A stretch of 64,000 bases of DNA, taken from positions 176,918 to 240,917 of the forward strand of contig NIVC01001156.1 in assembly GCA_002269645.1 (NCBI GenBank), given 5' to 3'. The translations under genes were made by a program, and so were the position numbers. Positions 49,103 to 60,736 of the stretch are shown here, one piece after another (position 1 is the stretch's first letter; each line of letters starts with the position of its first letter). Under the pieces are notes generated by a model. It searched no databases. It saw only the letters and a list, made by a program, of their open reading frames with translations, and was not told the DNA's origin. This DNA comes from Macrostomum lignano (lineage: Eukaryota).

Positions 49103-49957
49103 TCAGTCATCCTCATCCATTGGCTGCTCTGCATCTGAGGAGCCGCCGGAGGACTCGCGGTCCCAGTCCTTCATGCTCAGCGTGGGCTTCACCAAGTAGT
49201 CCTCGGACAGGGCGCCCCACGACTTCTTCGCTTTCTTCTTCTGCTGCCGATCTTCTTCCGCAGAAGAAGACTCATTGTTGCCAGATTTGGATTTCGCTTT
49301 GTCTGTCGCCTTCCGCCGGCCGGCCAGCATGTCGAGGAAGTCGCCGCGCGACAGCGAGCTCAGCACCCGCTGCCTGCCCGCCTCCGAGCGCCCGGCCAGC
49401 CGTGACTCCAGCGAGCGCTGCTGCGCCCTGACGGCGTTGAACAGCTGCACAACTCCGCGGCAGGCGATTCGCTCCAGCTGGCGCTCCGCCTCGCGCTCGT
49501 TTGGCGCCGACAGCGGCTTGCGGCGCCCGGCGCATAGCCAACGACGCCTCTCAGCCGTCAGTTTCCTGCGCCGGCGGCCCAGATCGACATTGGAGTCCTC
49601 GGCGGCGTCGCCGGTGTCGGCAGTGGCGTTGGCGGCGGCCGGGGAGAACCGCTGGCGGTCGGTGAGCGCCTTGGCCAGGATGGGGCAGGCGGGGGCGCGG
49701 GTCTGCAGCAGCAGGCCGCGGATGACGTTGGCCAGTCCGGCCGTTCCGCTCGCCTCCGCGGATTTGCGCTTGCCGCGGGCCTTCGACTGGCCGGCGGCCG
49801 GCTTCTGCCGATCCGAGGAGGCGTCGCTGTCGCTGGCGATGTCCTCGACTTCCTCCGCGTTGTCGTCTTCTTCGAGGTCCTGCTCTATCGTGACGCGAAC
49901 CGCGGCCTGCGGCTGCTTTGAAGCGGCCGACGGCTTGGCTGAGGCGGCGACTCGCAT
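49103..49957 (-). CDS. RRP15: Ribosomal RNA processing protein 15 (single exon, 284 aa)
   Basis: ER.LERIACRGVVQLFNAVRAQQ, VLSSLSRGDFLDML, W.ALSEDYL...SMKDWDRES and an acidic N-terminus are Rrp15p family hallmarks. Confidence 0.92.
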   Translation of the reverse strand: MRVAASAKPSAASKQPQAAVRVTIEQDLEEDDNAEEVEDIASDSDASSDRQKPAAGQSKARGKRKSAEASGTAGLANVIRGLLLQTRAPACPILAKALTDRQRFSPAAANATADTGDAAEDSNVDLGRRRRKLTAERRRWLCAGRRKPLSAPNEREAERQLERIACRGVVQLFNAVRAQQRSLESRLAGRSEAGRQRVLSSLSRGDFLDMLAGRRKATDKAKSKSGNNESSSAEEDRQQKKKAKKSWGALSEDYLVKPTLSMKDWDRESSGGSSDAEQPMDEDD

Positions 49958-49974
49958 TGCTGGATTGAGGAGTG

Positions 49975-50300
49975 AGTGATTGACAGATTGATTGATTGAC
50001 ATATTGAACTAATTGACTGATTGATTGACAGATTGAACAGATTGGTTGATTGACAGATTAAACTGAGTGATTGATTGATTGATTGGTTGATTGATTGACA
50101 GATTCAACTGAGTGATTGACAGATTCAACTGAGTGATTGACAGATTTAACTGAGTGATCAATGGATTGGTTGATTGACTGATTGATTGATTGACAGACTG
50201 ATTTCATTGATAGGTTGATCACCAGACTGATTTGACAAATTAAATTGATTAGTTGATTGATTGATAGATTTAATTTATTGATTAACTGATTTACAAACAT
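49975..50300. repeat. Degenerate (GATT)n microsatellite between CYB561D2 and RRP15
   Basis: Direct inspection. Confidence 0.85.
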
Positions 50301-50589
50301 ATAGCCTAATTAAACCCAAATTGAAAATGGTAATTAAAAAAAACTGAAATCTCGTTCTTAACTTATCAAAGTTCATTTCAGCAGCCTTTATTCTTATAAA
50401 ATAGCTTATGTATTCTTTTTTGCTACTGAACTGAAAGTAGACAGCTGTTTTACTAAGGATATATGCCTGAATGGCCTATCTACGAGACTAGTTATTTTAG
50501 TATCTGTGACCAATACTAACAATATGATTATTAATCAATTCCAACATTCAGAAACATGATGAAAAATCTAGCTATGCTTTTACAGTCGG

Positions 50590-51252
50590 TCACTTCTCCT
50601 TCTTAGCCCTGGCAGGCCTGCCGCTCGGCTTGCCGCTTGCAGCCTCCGCGCGCCCCTGCTGAGCGGTCAGCTTGGGCAGGTAGTGGTCGCACACCTGCTT
50701 GCACACGATGGAGCCCAGCATGAAGGCGGACACGAAGCAGGCGTACCAGGCTGTGCCAGTCACCTGCTTGCTGAACCAGTCGGACCACATGCCGCTAGCC
50801 AGGGCGGCGCAGGCGCAGGTGAACATGAAGGTGCCGCTGGTGGCGTGGTACAGCTTCATGTCAGCGGGCCGGACTCCGCCCAGCTTCAGCCGGGTGCACA
50901 CGCCGCCGATGCACTGCAGCAGCAGGTAGATGTTGCACAGGGCGCCAATCCAAGAGTGCCAGCTGGTCAGGTGCGGCCGGCCCTTCTCCTCCTTGCTGCG
51001 CCACACGAAGTAGCCGCCGGTTAAGGAGGCGCCCAGGGCCGCCCAGTTCAGCAGGGCGTGCGCGGTGGTCTGGCGTTCCCGGTTGCCAGCGAACAAAGAC
51101 GACTGGCGGTTGAAGGACAGCACGCCTTGGAACAGCAGCAGGCCGAAGGCGACCGACATGAGGGTTGGGTGCCAGCTGAATAGGCTGCTGCCCGGCTGGG
51201 CGATGTACACCAGGAAGCCCACCAGCAGGATGCACAGGAAGTGCGACACCAT
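50590..51252 (-). CDS. CYB561D2: Cytochrome b561 domain-containing protein (CYB561D1/D2-like, 220 aa, single exon)
   Basis: SLFSWHPTLMS.AF, four conserved heme His (WHP, AHA, TSWHSW.G, LYHATSG), K...G.PHL, multiple TM helices. Confidence 0.9.
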   Translation of the reverse strand: MVSHFLCILLVGFLVYIAQPGSSLFSWHPTLMSVAFGLLLFQGVLSFNRQSSLFAGNRERQTTAHALLNWAALGASLTGGYFVWRSKEEKGRPHLTSWHSWIGALCNIYLLLQCIGGVCTRLKLGGVRPADMKLYHATSGTFMFTCACAALASGMWSDWFSKQVTGTAWYACFVSAFMLGSIVCKQVCDHYLPKLTAQQGRAEAASGKPSGRPARAKKEK

Positions 51253-51299
51253 GGCTGCGGGATGGGTGGGGCAGATTGGCTACGGTTGAAGGCTGCGCG

Positions 51300-52265
51300 G
51301 GGCAACTGAGGATCTGGGAGGCTGGCTCAGCAACTGACACTCTGGGAGGCTGGCCCAGCAACTGACACTCTGGGAGGCTGGCCCAGCAACTGACACTCTG
51401 GGAGGATGGCCCAGCAACTGAGAATCTGAGGGCTGGCCCAGCAACTGAGAATCTGGGAGGCTGGCCCTGCAACTGACACTCTGGGAGGTTGGCCCAGCAA
51501 CTGACACTCTGGGAGGCTGGCCCAGCAACTGACACTCTGGGAGGCTGGCCCTGCAAGTGGGGATCTGGGAGGCTGGCCCTGCAAGTGGGGATCTGGGAGG
51601 CTGGCCCTGCAACTGGGGATCTGGGAGGCTGGCCCAGCAACTGACACTCTGGGAGGCTGGCCCTGCAACTGGGGATCTGGGAGGCTGGCCCTGCAACTGA
51701 CACTCTGGGAGGCTGGCCCTGCAAGTGGGGATCTGGGAGGCTGGCCCTGCAAGTGGGGATCTGGGAGGCTGGCCCAGCAACTGAGGATCTGGGAGGCTGG
51801 CCCAGCAACTGACACTCTGGGAGGCTGGCCCTGCAAGTGGGGATCTGGGAGGCTGGCCCTGCAAGTGGGGATCTGGGAGGCTGGCCCAGCAACTGAGGAT
51901 CTGGGAGGCTGGCCCAGCAACTGAGGATCTGGGAGGCTGGCCCAGCAACTGAGGATCTGGGAGGCTGGCCCAGCAACTGACGCTCTGGGAGGCTGGCCCA
52001 GCAACTGACACTCTGGGAGGCTGGCCCAGCAACTGACACTTTGGGAGGCTGGCTCAGCAACTGACACTTTGGGAGGCTGGCTCAGCAACTGACACTCTGG
52101 GAGACTGGCCCAGCAACTGAGGATCTAGAAGGCTAGCCCAGCCCAGCAACTGAGGATCTGGGAGGCTGGCCCTGCAACTGACACTTTGGGAGGCTGGCCC
52201 AGCAACTGAGGATCTAGAAGGCTAGCCCAGCCCAGCAACTGAGGATCTGGGAGGCTGGCCTGGCA
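51300..52265 (-). repeat. 28 bp minisatellite upstream of CYB561D2 (sense GGGCCAGCCTCCCAGATCCTCAGTTGCT and variants)
   Basis: Reverse complement shares the GGGCCAGCCTCCCAGATCC[C/T]CAGT core with 36595-37428. Confidence 0.95.
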
Positions 52266-53263
52266 ACTGGGAAACTGGTAGCCCAGCAACTAAATGAGAA
52301 ACAGTGAGACAAACATAATCTGAGTGACAAAGTGTCAGAAAAGATGTCAGCGGCATATAGCATAAAGACACATTTAATATCTGGGCAGTCGTGGTGAGCT
52401 GTGTAGGCATGCTAATCCACAATATCAGTGCATAAGCAGTGTGAAGAGCAAAGTGAAGAAGCGCCGCCGCAGCGGGTACATCTGAGTAAGACAGGGTATA
52501 ACAAAGAGAATGAGTAAAGAATGGCATGCATAGCGCATTTGCACAATGCCCGTGAGCTGGGTTTAGTAGAGAATATTACAGCTAAGGAGAAATTGTACAC
52601 AAAAATAGCTACAGACAGAAGCAATAAAACTGAATAAATCGTGAAAAATGAGGCCACAGGCTGGTTGTCAAATCAAAGCGAACTTGAATTCACTTCCATT
52701 CTACTGGCAGTAGCATTATAAAAGCCACCTTACTCTCTTATTGTGGTTAGAAAAGGAAAAAAAGACTGTAAAAAAGGGACAATAGACAGGTGAAAGTAAA
52801 AAAACTGATAAAACCAGGTATTGAACGGATTAGACTATGGAACTGGTTGTATCACAATGCAATAAAAAAGTTCGCTAGTAGAGTTTAAGAACAGTAGAGG
52901 CAGCTACGTGACGCGAATAACGCAAGGACTACTACTATCAGTAGTCTGACTGGACTTTCACCAGGTCAGCGAGTTCGAATTCTGGTGCATTCTAGTCGAA
53001 ATATTTCGGCCTTCAAAACAATTCCTAGAAACGAAAAACGTCTCTTATCTTAATTTTAGCTCGTATTGGTCCCTGCAATCAATGTCGAGATAATTTGGAA
53101 AGGCACGAACAGAGAGACTGCATGCTGGGTGAGACTGAGAAATAATCAGTCAGATTCTGATTCCCGATATGTTGTGTAGACCACTTTTTTTGAAGTTCAG
53201 ATACAAACAGGGAAGAATTTTTTTCTTGCTGTATTCATGTTTAAATTCTCGGCTCTTTCGTAC

Positions 53264-53640
53264 GGGGAATTCCCCGGTTAGGTAGGTGGGCTTGGAATTC
53301 CTTGGCATGGGGAATTCCCCGGTTAGGTAGGTGGGCCTGGAATTCCTTGGCATGGGGAATTCCCCGGTTAGGTAGGTGGGCCTGGAATTCCTTGGCATGG
53401 GGAATTCCCCGGTTAGGTAGGTGGGCTTGGAATTCCTTGGCATGGGGAATTCCCCGGTTAGGTAGGTGGGCCTGGAATTCCTTGGCATGGGGAATTCCCC
53501 GCTTAGGTAGGTGGGCCTCGAATTCCTTGGCATGGGGAATTCCCCAGTTAGGTAGGTGGGCTTGGAATTCCCCGGTTCGATAGGCGGGCTAGGAATTCCT
53601 TGGCATGGGGAATTCCCCGGTTAGGTAGGTAGGCTAGGAG
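53264..53640. repeat. 45 bp tandem repeat carrying 8 perfect GGGGAATTCCCC palindromes
   Basis: Palindromes at 53264, 53309, 53354, 53399, 53444, 53489, 53534 and 53607. Confidence 0.92.
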
Positions 53641-53860
53641 CTTCTTGCAACGGGGGAAAGCAATTAATCGATACTGCAGGTAATCTCGGTGAGGGGGACA
53701 TTATTTGTGTAGGAAAGAGAATTCCTCTGTAGGGAATATAATTCCTTTTTAAGCAGAAATTCTGAGTAGGGGGAATTTCCCAGATAGTTTGAAGAGTGCA
53801 GAGTCAAGGCAGGCATGACAGACAGACAGTTTCAGACCCGACTTCAGCCGGGCCATCGGC

Positions 53861-56800
53861 TCAGAACAGCACAGGCGAGGCCGCCCCGTTGTTGTCGGCG
53901 TCTCCGGTGGTGGCCACCTGCAGGGAGGCTGGCGCTGCCGGCCCCGCCTTGTTGACCTGGCCGCCTTCGCCCAGGCCGGCGAAGCTGTCGCTGTCTGGCG
54001 GCACTATCACGTCAGTGTCCTCCTGGCCGCCGGAGTACAGGTCCCGCTGCACAGCGGCCTGAGTCAGCTGCTCGGTGGTGGTGAGCAGGCGGGCCAGCGG
54101 CAGGCAGCAGCCGCTGCAGGTCTCCGTGAGCAGCGGCCGGGCGTTAGTGAGCAGCGGCTTCACGAAACTGCGGTGGAAATGCGGAGATGTGAGGGCTGAT
54201 GAGACAGATTCTCAAGGACTGAGGCAGCGGAGAGGCAGATTCTCAAGGACTGAGGCAGCGGAGAGGCAGATTCTCAAGGACTGAGGCAGCGGAGAGGCAG
54301 ATTCTCAAGGACTGAGGCAGCAGAGAGGCAGATTCTCAAGGACTGAGGCAGCGGAGAGGCAGATTCTCAAGGACTGAGGCAGCGGAGAGGCAGATTCTCA
54401 AGGACTGAGGCAGCGGAGAGGCAGATTCTCAAGGACTGAGGCAGCGGAGAGGCAGATTCTCAAAGACTGAGGCAGCGGAGAGGCAGATTCTCAAGGACTG
54501 AGGCAGCGGAGAGGCAGATTCTCAAGGACTGAGGCAGCGGAGAGGCAGATTCTCAAGGACTGAGGCAGCGGAGAGGCAGATTCTCAAAGACTGAGGCAGC
54601 GGAGAGGCAGATTCTCAAGGACTGAGGCAGCGGAGAGGCAGATTCTCAAGGACTGAGGCAGCGGAGAGGCAGATTCTCAAGGACTGAGGCAGCGGAGAGG
54701 CAGATTCTCAAGGACTGAGGCAGCGGAGAGGCAGATTCTCAAGGACTGAGGCAGCGGAGAGGCAGATTCTCAAGGACTGAGGCAGCGGAGAGGCAGATTC
54801 TCAAGGACTGAGGCAGCGGAGAGGCAGATTCTCAAGGACTGAGGCAGCGGAGAGGCAGATTCTCAAGGACTGAGGCAGCGGAGAGGCAGATTCTCAAGGA
54901 CTGAGGCAGCGGAGAGGCAGATTCTCAAGGACTGAGGCAGCGGAGAGGCAGATTCTCAAGGACTGAGGCAGCGGAGAGGCAGATTCTCAAGGACTGAGGC
55001 AGCGGAGAGGCAGATTCTCAAGGACTGAGGCAGCGGAGAGGCAGATTCTCAAGGACTGAGGCAGCGGAGAGGCAGATTCTCAAGGACTGAGGCAGCGGAG
55101 AGGCAGATTCTCAAGGACTGAGGCAGCGGAGAGGCAGATTCTCAAGGACTGAGGCAGCGGAGAGGCAGATTCTCAAGGACTGAGGCAGCGGAGAGGCAGA
55201 TTCTCAAGGACTGAGGCAGCGGAGAGGCAGATTCTCAAGGACTGAGGCAGCGGAGAGGCAGATTCTCAAGGACTGAGGCAGCGGAGAGGCAGATTCTCAA
55301 GGACTGAGGCAGCGGAGAGGCAGATTCTCAAGGACTGAGGCAGTGGAGAGGCAGATTCTGAGGCTGCGGAGGCAGATTCTCAAGGACTGAGGCAGTGGAG
55401 AGGCATATTCTCAAGGACTGAGGCAGCGGAGAGGCAGATTCTGAGGCAGCAAACATAAAAAGCTCACTTCTTGTCAATCTTCCGCCATCCCAATGCAATG
55501 CAAGACCTGTCGCGCAGGCTCGGCTGGGAAGCCGCCTGTAAAAAATAAAAAATATGAAATTGCAGAGACAGACTAAACATTGGCATGACAAAAAAACTCA
55601 AAGAAATCGCAGTTACGAACCTCCCCTGTGGAGTCTTGCCGGTCAAGACGCTGACGATTTGGTTCCTCTTCAACTCCAACTCTGCGATGCAAGTGAATAT
55701 GAATTATGAGCGCGCAATGGTTAACAGTCATTGAGCATGGTACACACAGTATGCTCTTATGTACACTCAAATTCAGGACAGCTTGTGGAGGTGTTGACAG
55801 TCAGTTCTATTTGTACGCCCGTATTTGAAAACAAAGCAGAATGGGGTGTACCTGTGTACACCCTAACCTAGAACACGTTGAGTTGGCGATTTGCACCCCA
55901 TAGCTAACTGACAGTTAAACTTAGGCGTCTTCTGAGCCTCTAAAAGTGTTCAAAGTGTGCTCAAGACGGCAGAAATCAATGATCTTAAATAGGTCGAGAG
56001 GTTCTGAACACAGAGCAGATGTTCTTGGATGGCTGATCTTTTAGTCCCATGATCCTTGACCCCAGTGTACAGATGTATAAGTGTACAGATGTATAAGTGT
56101 ACAGATGTATAAGTGTACAGATGTATAAGTGTACAGATGTATAAGTGTACAGATGTATAAGTGTACAGATGTATAAGTGTACAGATGTATAATTGTACAT
56201 ATGTATAAGTGTACAGATGTATAAGTGTACAGATGTATAAGTGTACAGATGTTATAAGTGTACAGATGTTATAATTGTACAGATGTATAAGTGTACAGAT
56301 GTATAAGTGTACAGATGTATAAGTGTACAGATGTTATAAGTGTACAGATGTATAAGTGTACATATGTATAAGTGTACAGATGTATAATTGTACAGATTTT
56401 ATGAGTGTACAGATGTATAAGTGTACAGGTGTATAAGTGTACAGATGTATAAGTGTACAGATGTTATAAGTGTACAGATGTATAAGTGTACATATGTATA
56501 AGTGTACAGATGTATAATTGTACAGATTTTATGAGTGTACAGATGTATAAGTGTACAGGTGTACAAGTGTAAAGATGTACAAGTGAACAAGTGTACAGGT
56601 GTACAAGTGTACAAGGTTTTTTCCAACGCCACCTGCAGGAAGTGACCGAGGGACACGAGACTGCAAGCAGAAGGACCCCCTGGCCGCAGGCTTACTCAAT
56701 GTGCATCCACTGCAGCATCTGGGTGGCGAGGCCGCCGCACACCAGCACGGTGATCATGACCAGGATGAGAGTGGTAGAGAAGATGATCTTCCTGGCATCC

Positions 56801-59800
56801 GATGAGGTGTTCCGAATGGCCAGGGCGAACGCCATGGCGCCCCGCAGGCCGGAGAAGGCCAGCACGTGCATCCGGGACAGCCCGATGGCGCAGCCGCTGC
56901 GCCTGCGGCCAATATTGGCCAGGCCGCACAGGGGTAGACGCACAGCACCCTGCCGATGATCATAGCCAGGAATCCCGCCACAATGAACACCGGGTCCCAC
57001 AGGTGCGAGCTGTAGGTGAACACGCTGACCCCGATGTACACAAAGGTGAAATTTTCAGCTAGAAAATTCAACAGGCCAAAGAATGACATTGTGGTGGCCT
57101 TGGACTCGTCAGACAGGTTGTTATAGGTGTAGTGCGCCTGGCAGATGCCGCAGAACAGCACGGCCACAATGCCGGTGCTCTTCACCGCCTCGGCCGCCAG
57201 GAAGGTGCTGTAGCTCATCAGCACGAACAGGCTGGTCTCCAGCAGCGGGTGCTCGCGGACCTGGGCAATGGGTGAGCCAGGCTTTGAATTTGAAATAGTA
57301 GAAACCCAGATAGTGGCCTCTGGAACCTGCTCATAATCAACTTTTCGGATCCCGCATTTTTAAATCCCACAGGGATCAGTAGCCTGATTCTCCCGAAATC
57401 CTCACAGTGGGATCAGTAGCCTTATTCTCCCGAAATCCCTACAGTGGGATCAGTAGCCTGATTCTCCCGAAATCCTCACAGTGGAATCAGTAGCCTGATT
57501 CTCCCGAAATCCTCACAGTGGGATCAGTAGCCTGATTCTCCCGAAATCCTCACAGTGGGATCAGTAGCCTGATTCTCCCGAAATCCTCACAGTGGGATCA
57601 GTAGCATGATTCTCACGAAATCCTCACAGTGGGATCAGTAGCATGATTCTCCCGAAATTCCTACAGTGGTATCAGTAGCATGATTCTCCCGAAATCCTCA
57701 CAGTGGGATCAGTAGCCTGATTCTCCCGAAATCCTCACAGTGGGATCAGTAGCATGATTCTCCCGAAATTCCTACAGTGGGATCAGTAGCCTGATTCTCC
57801 CGAATTCCTCACAGTGGGATCAGTAGCCTGATTCTCCCGAAATCCTCACAGTGGGATCAGTAGCCTGATTCTCCCGAAATCCTCACAGTGGGATCAGTAG
57901 CCTGATTCTCCCGAAATCCTCACAGTGGGATCAGTAGCAGGATTCTCCCGAAATCCTCACAGTGGGATCAGTAGCATGATTCTCCCGAAATTCCTACAGT
58001 GGGATCAGTAGCCTGATTCTCCCGAATTCCTCACAGTGGGATCAGTAGCCTGATTCTCCCGAAATCCTCACAGTGGGATTAGTAGCCTGATTCTCCCGAA
58101 ATCCTCACAGTGGGATCAGTAGCATGATTCTCTTGAAATCCCCACAGTGGAATCAGTAGCATGATTCTCCCGAAATCCCCACAGTGGAATCAGTAGCATT
58201 GTTCTCCCAAATCCTCAGTGGGATCAGTGATGACTCTTAAAGAAATCCCACAGTGGGATCGGAAATGACTCTTATAGAAATCCCACAGTGGGATCAGTAG
58301 CCTTATTCTCCCGAAATCCTCACAGTGGGATCAGTAGCCTGATTCTCCCGAAATCCTACAGTGGGATCAGAGATGACTCTTCTCTTTCCAAAACGCTCAC
58401 CCGAGACTCACCTGCGTGAACTTGGTGATGAGGGCGGTGAGGCAGCCCAGCAGGCAGCCGATGCCGATGGCGCCAAGGAACACCCCGGCGAAGCTGCCGA
58501 TGGCCTTCAGCACGGAGATGGCGGCGGTCTCTCCGGCCGCCGCGGCCGAACCGTAGGTCTCGATAGACTCGGACAGCACTATGGCAACGGCGTCGTTAAG
58601 GACGCTTTCGCCGAATACGAGAGCGTAGAGATCGGGCTCGACGCGGAGGTCGCTGAATATTGCCAGGACGGTGACTGGAAGGATGCGATGAAAACAAAGG
58701 CTTGCCTGACTTGACAGCACATCAGATGCCGATGGCAAAGAAGCGGTTTTAAAAATTCTCACCCGGATCGGTGGCCGATATGAAGGCGCCGAACAGGAGG
58801 CACTCGCTGAGGCTGACGATCGAGGCGAGCCTGGCGCTGGCCCGGCTGATGCCGAATGTCACGCCGCTGCGGGAGTTCAACGGCGATTTGGGAGAACAGT
58901 TGGGATCTGGGATGAGGCAGACTCTATGGTAGGGGTTTGCAGAAGAGAGATGGGAATGGGATAAGAGAAGGGATTAGAGAAAAGATAAATGAGGGAGAGA
59001 AGAGAGGAGGGAGAAGGGAAAAGAGAGCAGACAGAGGAGAGGGGAGAAAGAGAGCTTAGAAGAGACATAAACCTTGAGCAGGCCGGGCCGGATTGCTATT
59101 GTGAACTTTCAAAAGTCAGGAGGGTCGAAGTTTTCCAACCCCTGCTCTATGGGGATCAGGGATGAGGGAGTCTATATGGGGATCAGGGATGAGGGTGTCT
59201 ATATAGGGATCAGGAATGAGGGTTTCTATATGGGGATCAGGGATGATGGTGTCTATATGGGGATCAGGGATGATGGTGTCTATATGGGGATCAGGGATGA
59301 GGGAGTGTATATGGGGATCAGGGATGAGGAAGTGTATATGGGGATCAGGGATGAGGGAGTGCATATGGGGATCAGGGATGAGGGAGTCTATATGGGGATC
59401 AGGAATGATGGTGTCTATATGGGGATCAGGGATGAGGGAGTGTATATGGGGATCAGGGATGAGGGAGTGCATATGGGGATCAGGGATGAGGGAGTCTATA
59501 TGGGGATCAGGGATGAGGGAGTCTATATGGGGATCAGGGATGAGGGTGTCTATATGGGGATCAGGAATGATGGTGTCTATATGGGGATCAGGGATGATGG
59601 TGTCTATGTGGGGATCAGGAATGATGGTGTCTATATGGGGATCAGGGATGAGGGAGTGCATATGGGGATCAGGGATGAGGGAGTCTATATGGGGATCAGG
59701 GATGAGGGAGTGTATATGGGGATCAGGGATGAGGGAGTGCATATGGGGATCAGGGATGAGGGAGTCTATATGGGGATCAGGGATGAGGGAGTGCATATTG

Positions 59801-60736
59801 GGATTAGGGATGAGGGAGTCTATATGGGTATCAGGGATGATGGTGTCTATATGGGGATCAGGAATGAGGGAGTATTGCAAATCTGGAGTCAATTTATGAA
59901 ATCAAAGATGCAGTTCAAAAGTGACAGATCAGATGAAATCCAAGAAACATGGGTTGCTGAACTCACCCGATAACAAAGCACGATATGGTGGTGCCAAGAA
60001 ATGCCAGCATCAGAATCGAGCCAATATTGCGAAAGAAGTGTTTCTGGAACAATAATGTGGGCTTTAAATTTATTGCTTGTAAAAGCTGTAAGCATAATCT
60101 GATCAATGACGTTTTGAAAGCCTCATAGTGGGATTGGGGTCATGCGATGGGATTTAAGGGACCTGCAAGCGTCGTGTCATGAAGGCACATTGGAAACATC
60201 ATGAAGGCACATTGGGGACGTCATGAGGGCACATTGGAAACATCATGAAGGCACATTGGGGACGTCATGAAGGCACATTGGAAACATCATGAAGGCACAT
60301 TGGGGACGTCATGAAGGCACATTGGAAACATCATGAAGGCACATTGGAAACATCATGAAGGCACATTGGGGACGTCATGAAGGGACATTGGGAACGCCAT
60401 GGAGATGGGGATGCATGGAGATTGGGGACGCCATCCTCACCCTCTTCATGCTGAAGCCGGCAAAGAAGATGATGGGTGGCAGTATGAAGTTGAAAAACAC
60501 TTCGGGATTAAACGTCGCCTTCTCGTCTAAAATCGGGGCGTTGATATCGTTGCCATAGAGACGCCGCTTATAATCGTACTCGTAGATTTGCGATTCGTTC
60601 AGAACGGACATGTTGACGAGGACTTTCTCCGGCGGCAGCTTGTTAGACTGCTCGGGTGAGTCCTCGATAGAGATCATTGTGATGCTAGGCTGGTAGCTGG
60701 GAGAGCCGTAGCGAATGATAACGCCAACTATGAGAC
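53861..60736 (-). CDS. SLC9A6: Endosomal Na+/H+ exchanger, SLC9A6/7/9-like (5' exon(s) not in window); exons 60736-60441, 60043-59967, 58866-58763, 58674-58412, 57260-56696, 55681-55621, 55535-55468, 54167-53861; 1-bp frameshift at 56931-56934
   Basis: [38 protein letters not shown]|[111 protein letters not shown]. Splice phases are consistent. The paralog (6 vs 7 vs 9) cannot be resolved. Confidence 0.93.
54205..55448. repeat. Very homogeneous 31 bp minisatellite (~38-40 copies; GAGAGGCAGATTCTCAAGGACTGAGGCAGCG) filling the last NHE intron
   Basis: Near-identical units. Confidence 0.97.
56065..56615. repeat. 16 bp minisatellite (TGTACAGATGTATAAG)
   Basis: NHE intron. Confidence 0.94.
57365..58372. 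repeat. 37 bp minisatellite (CACAGTGGGATCAGTAGCCTGATTCTCCCGAAATCCT)
   Basis: NHE intron. Confidence 0.95.
59148..59870. repeat. 27 bp minisatellite (ATATGGGGATCAGGGATGAGGGAGTCT)
   Basis: NHE intron; explains the MGIRDEGVY and IPDPHIDSL repeat ORFs. Confidence 0.95.
60170..60400. repeat. ~20 bp minisatellite (CATCATGAAGGCACATTGG..)
   Basis: NHE intron next to a splice donor. Confidence 0.88.

Noticed and set aside
54205-58372. CRISPR-like appearance of the 31-bp and 37-bp arrays
   Set aside because: Units are head-to-tail with no unique spacers, no cas genes are present, and the context is eukaryotic introns.
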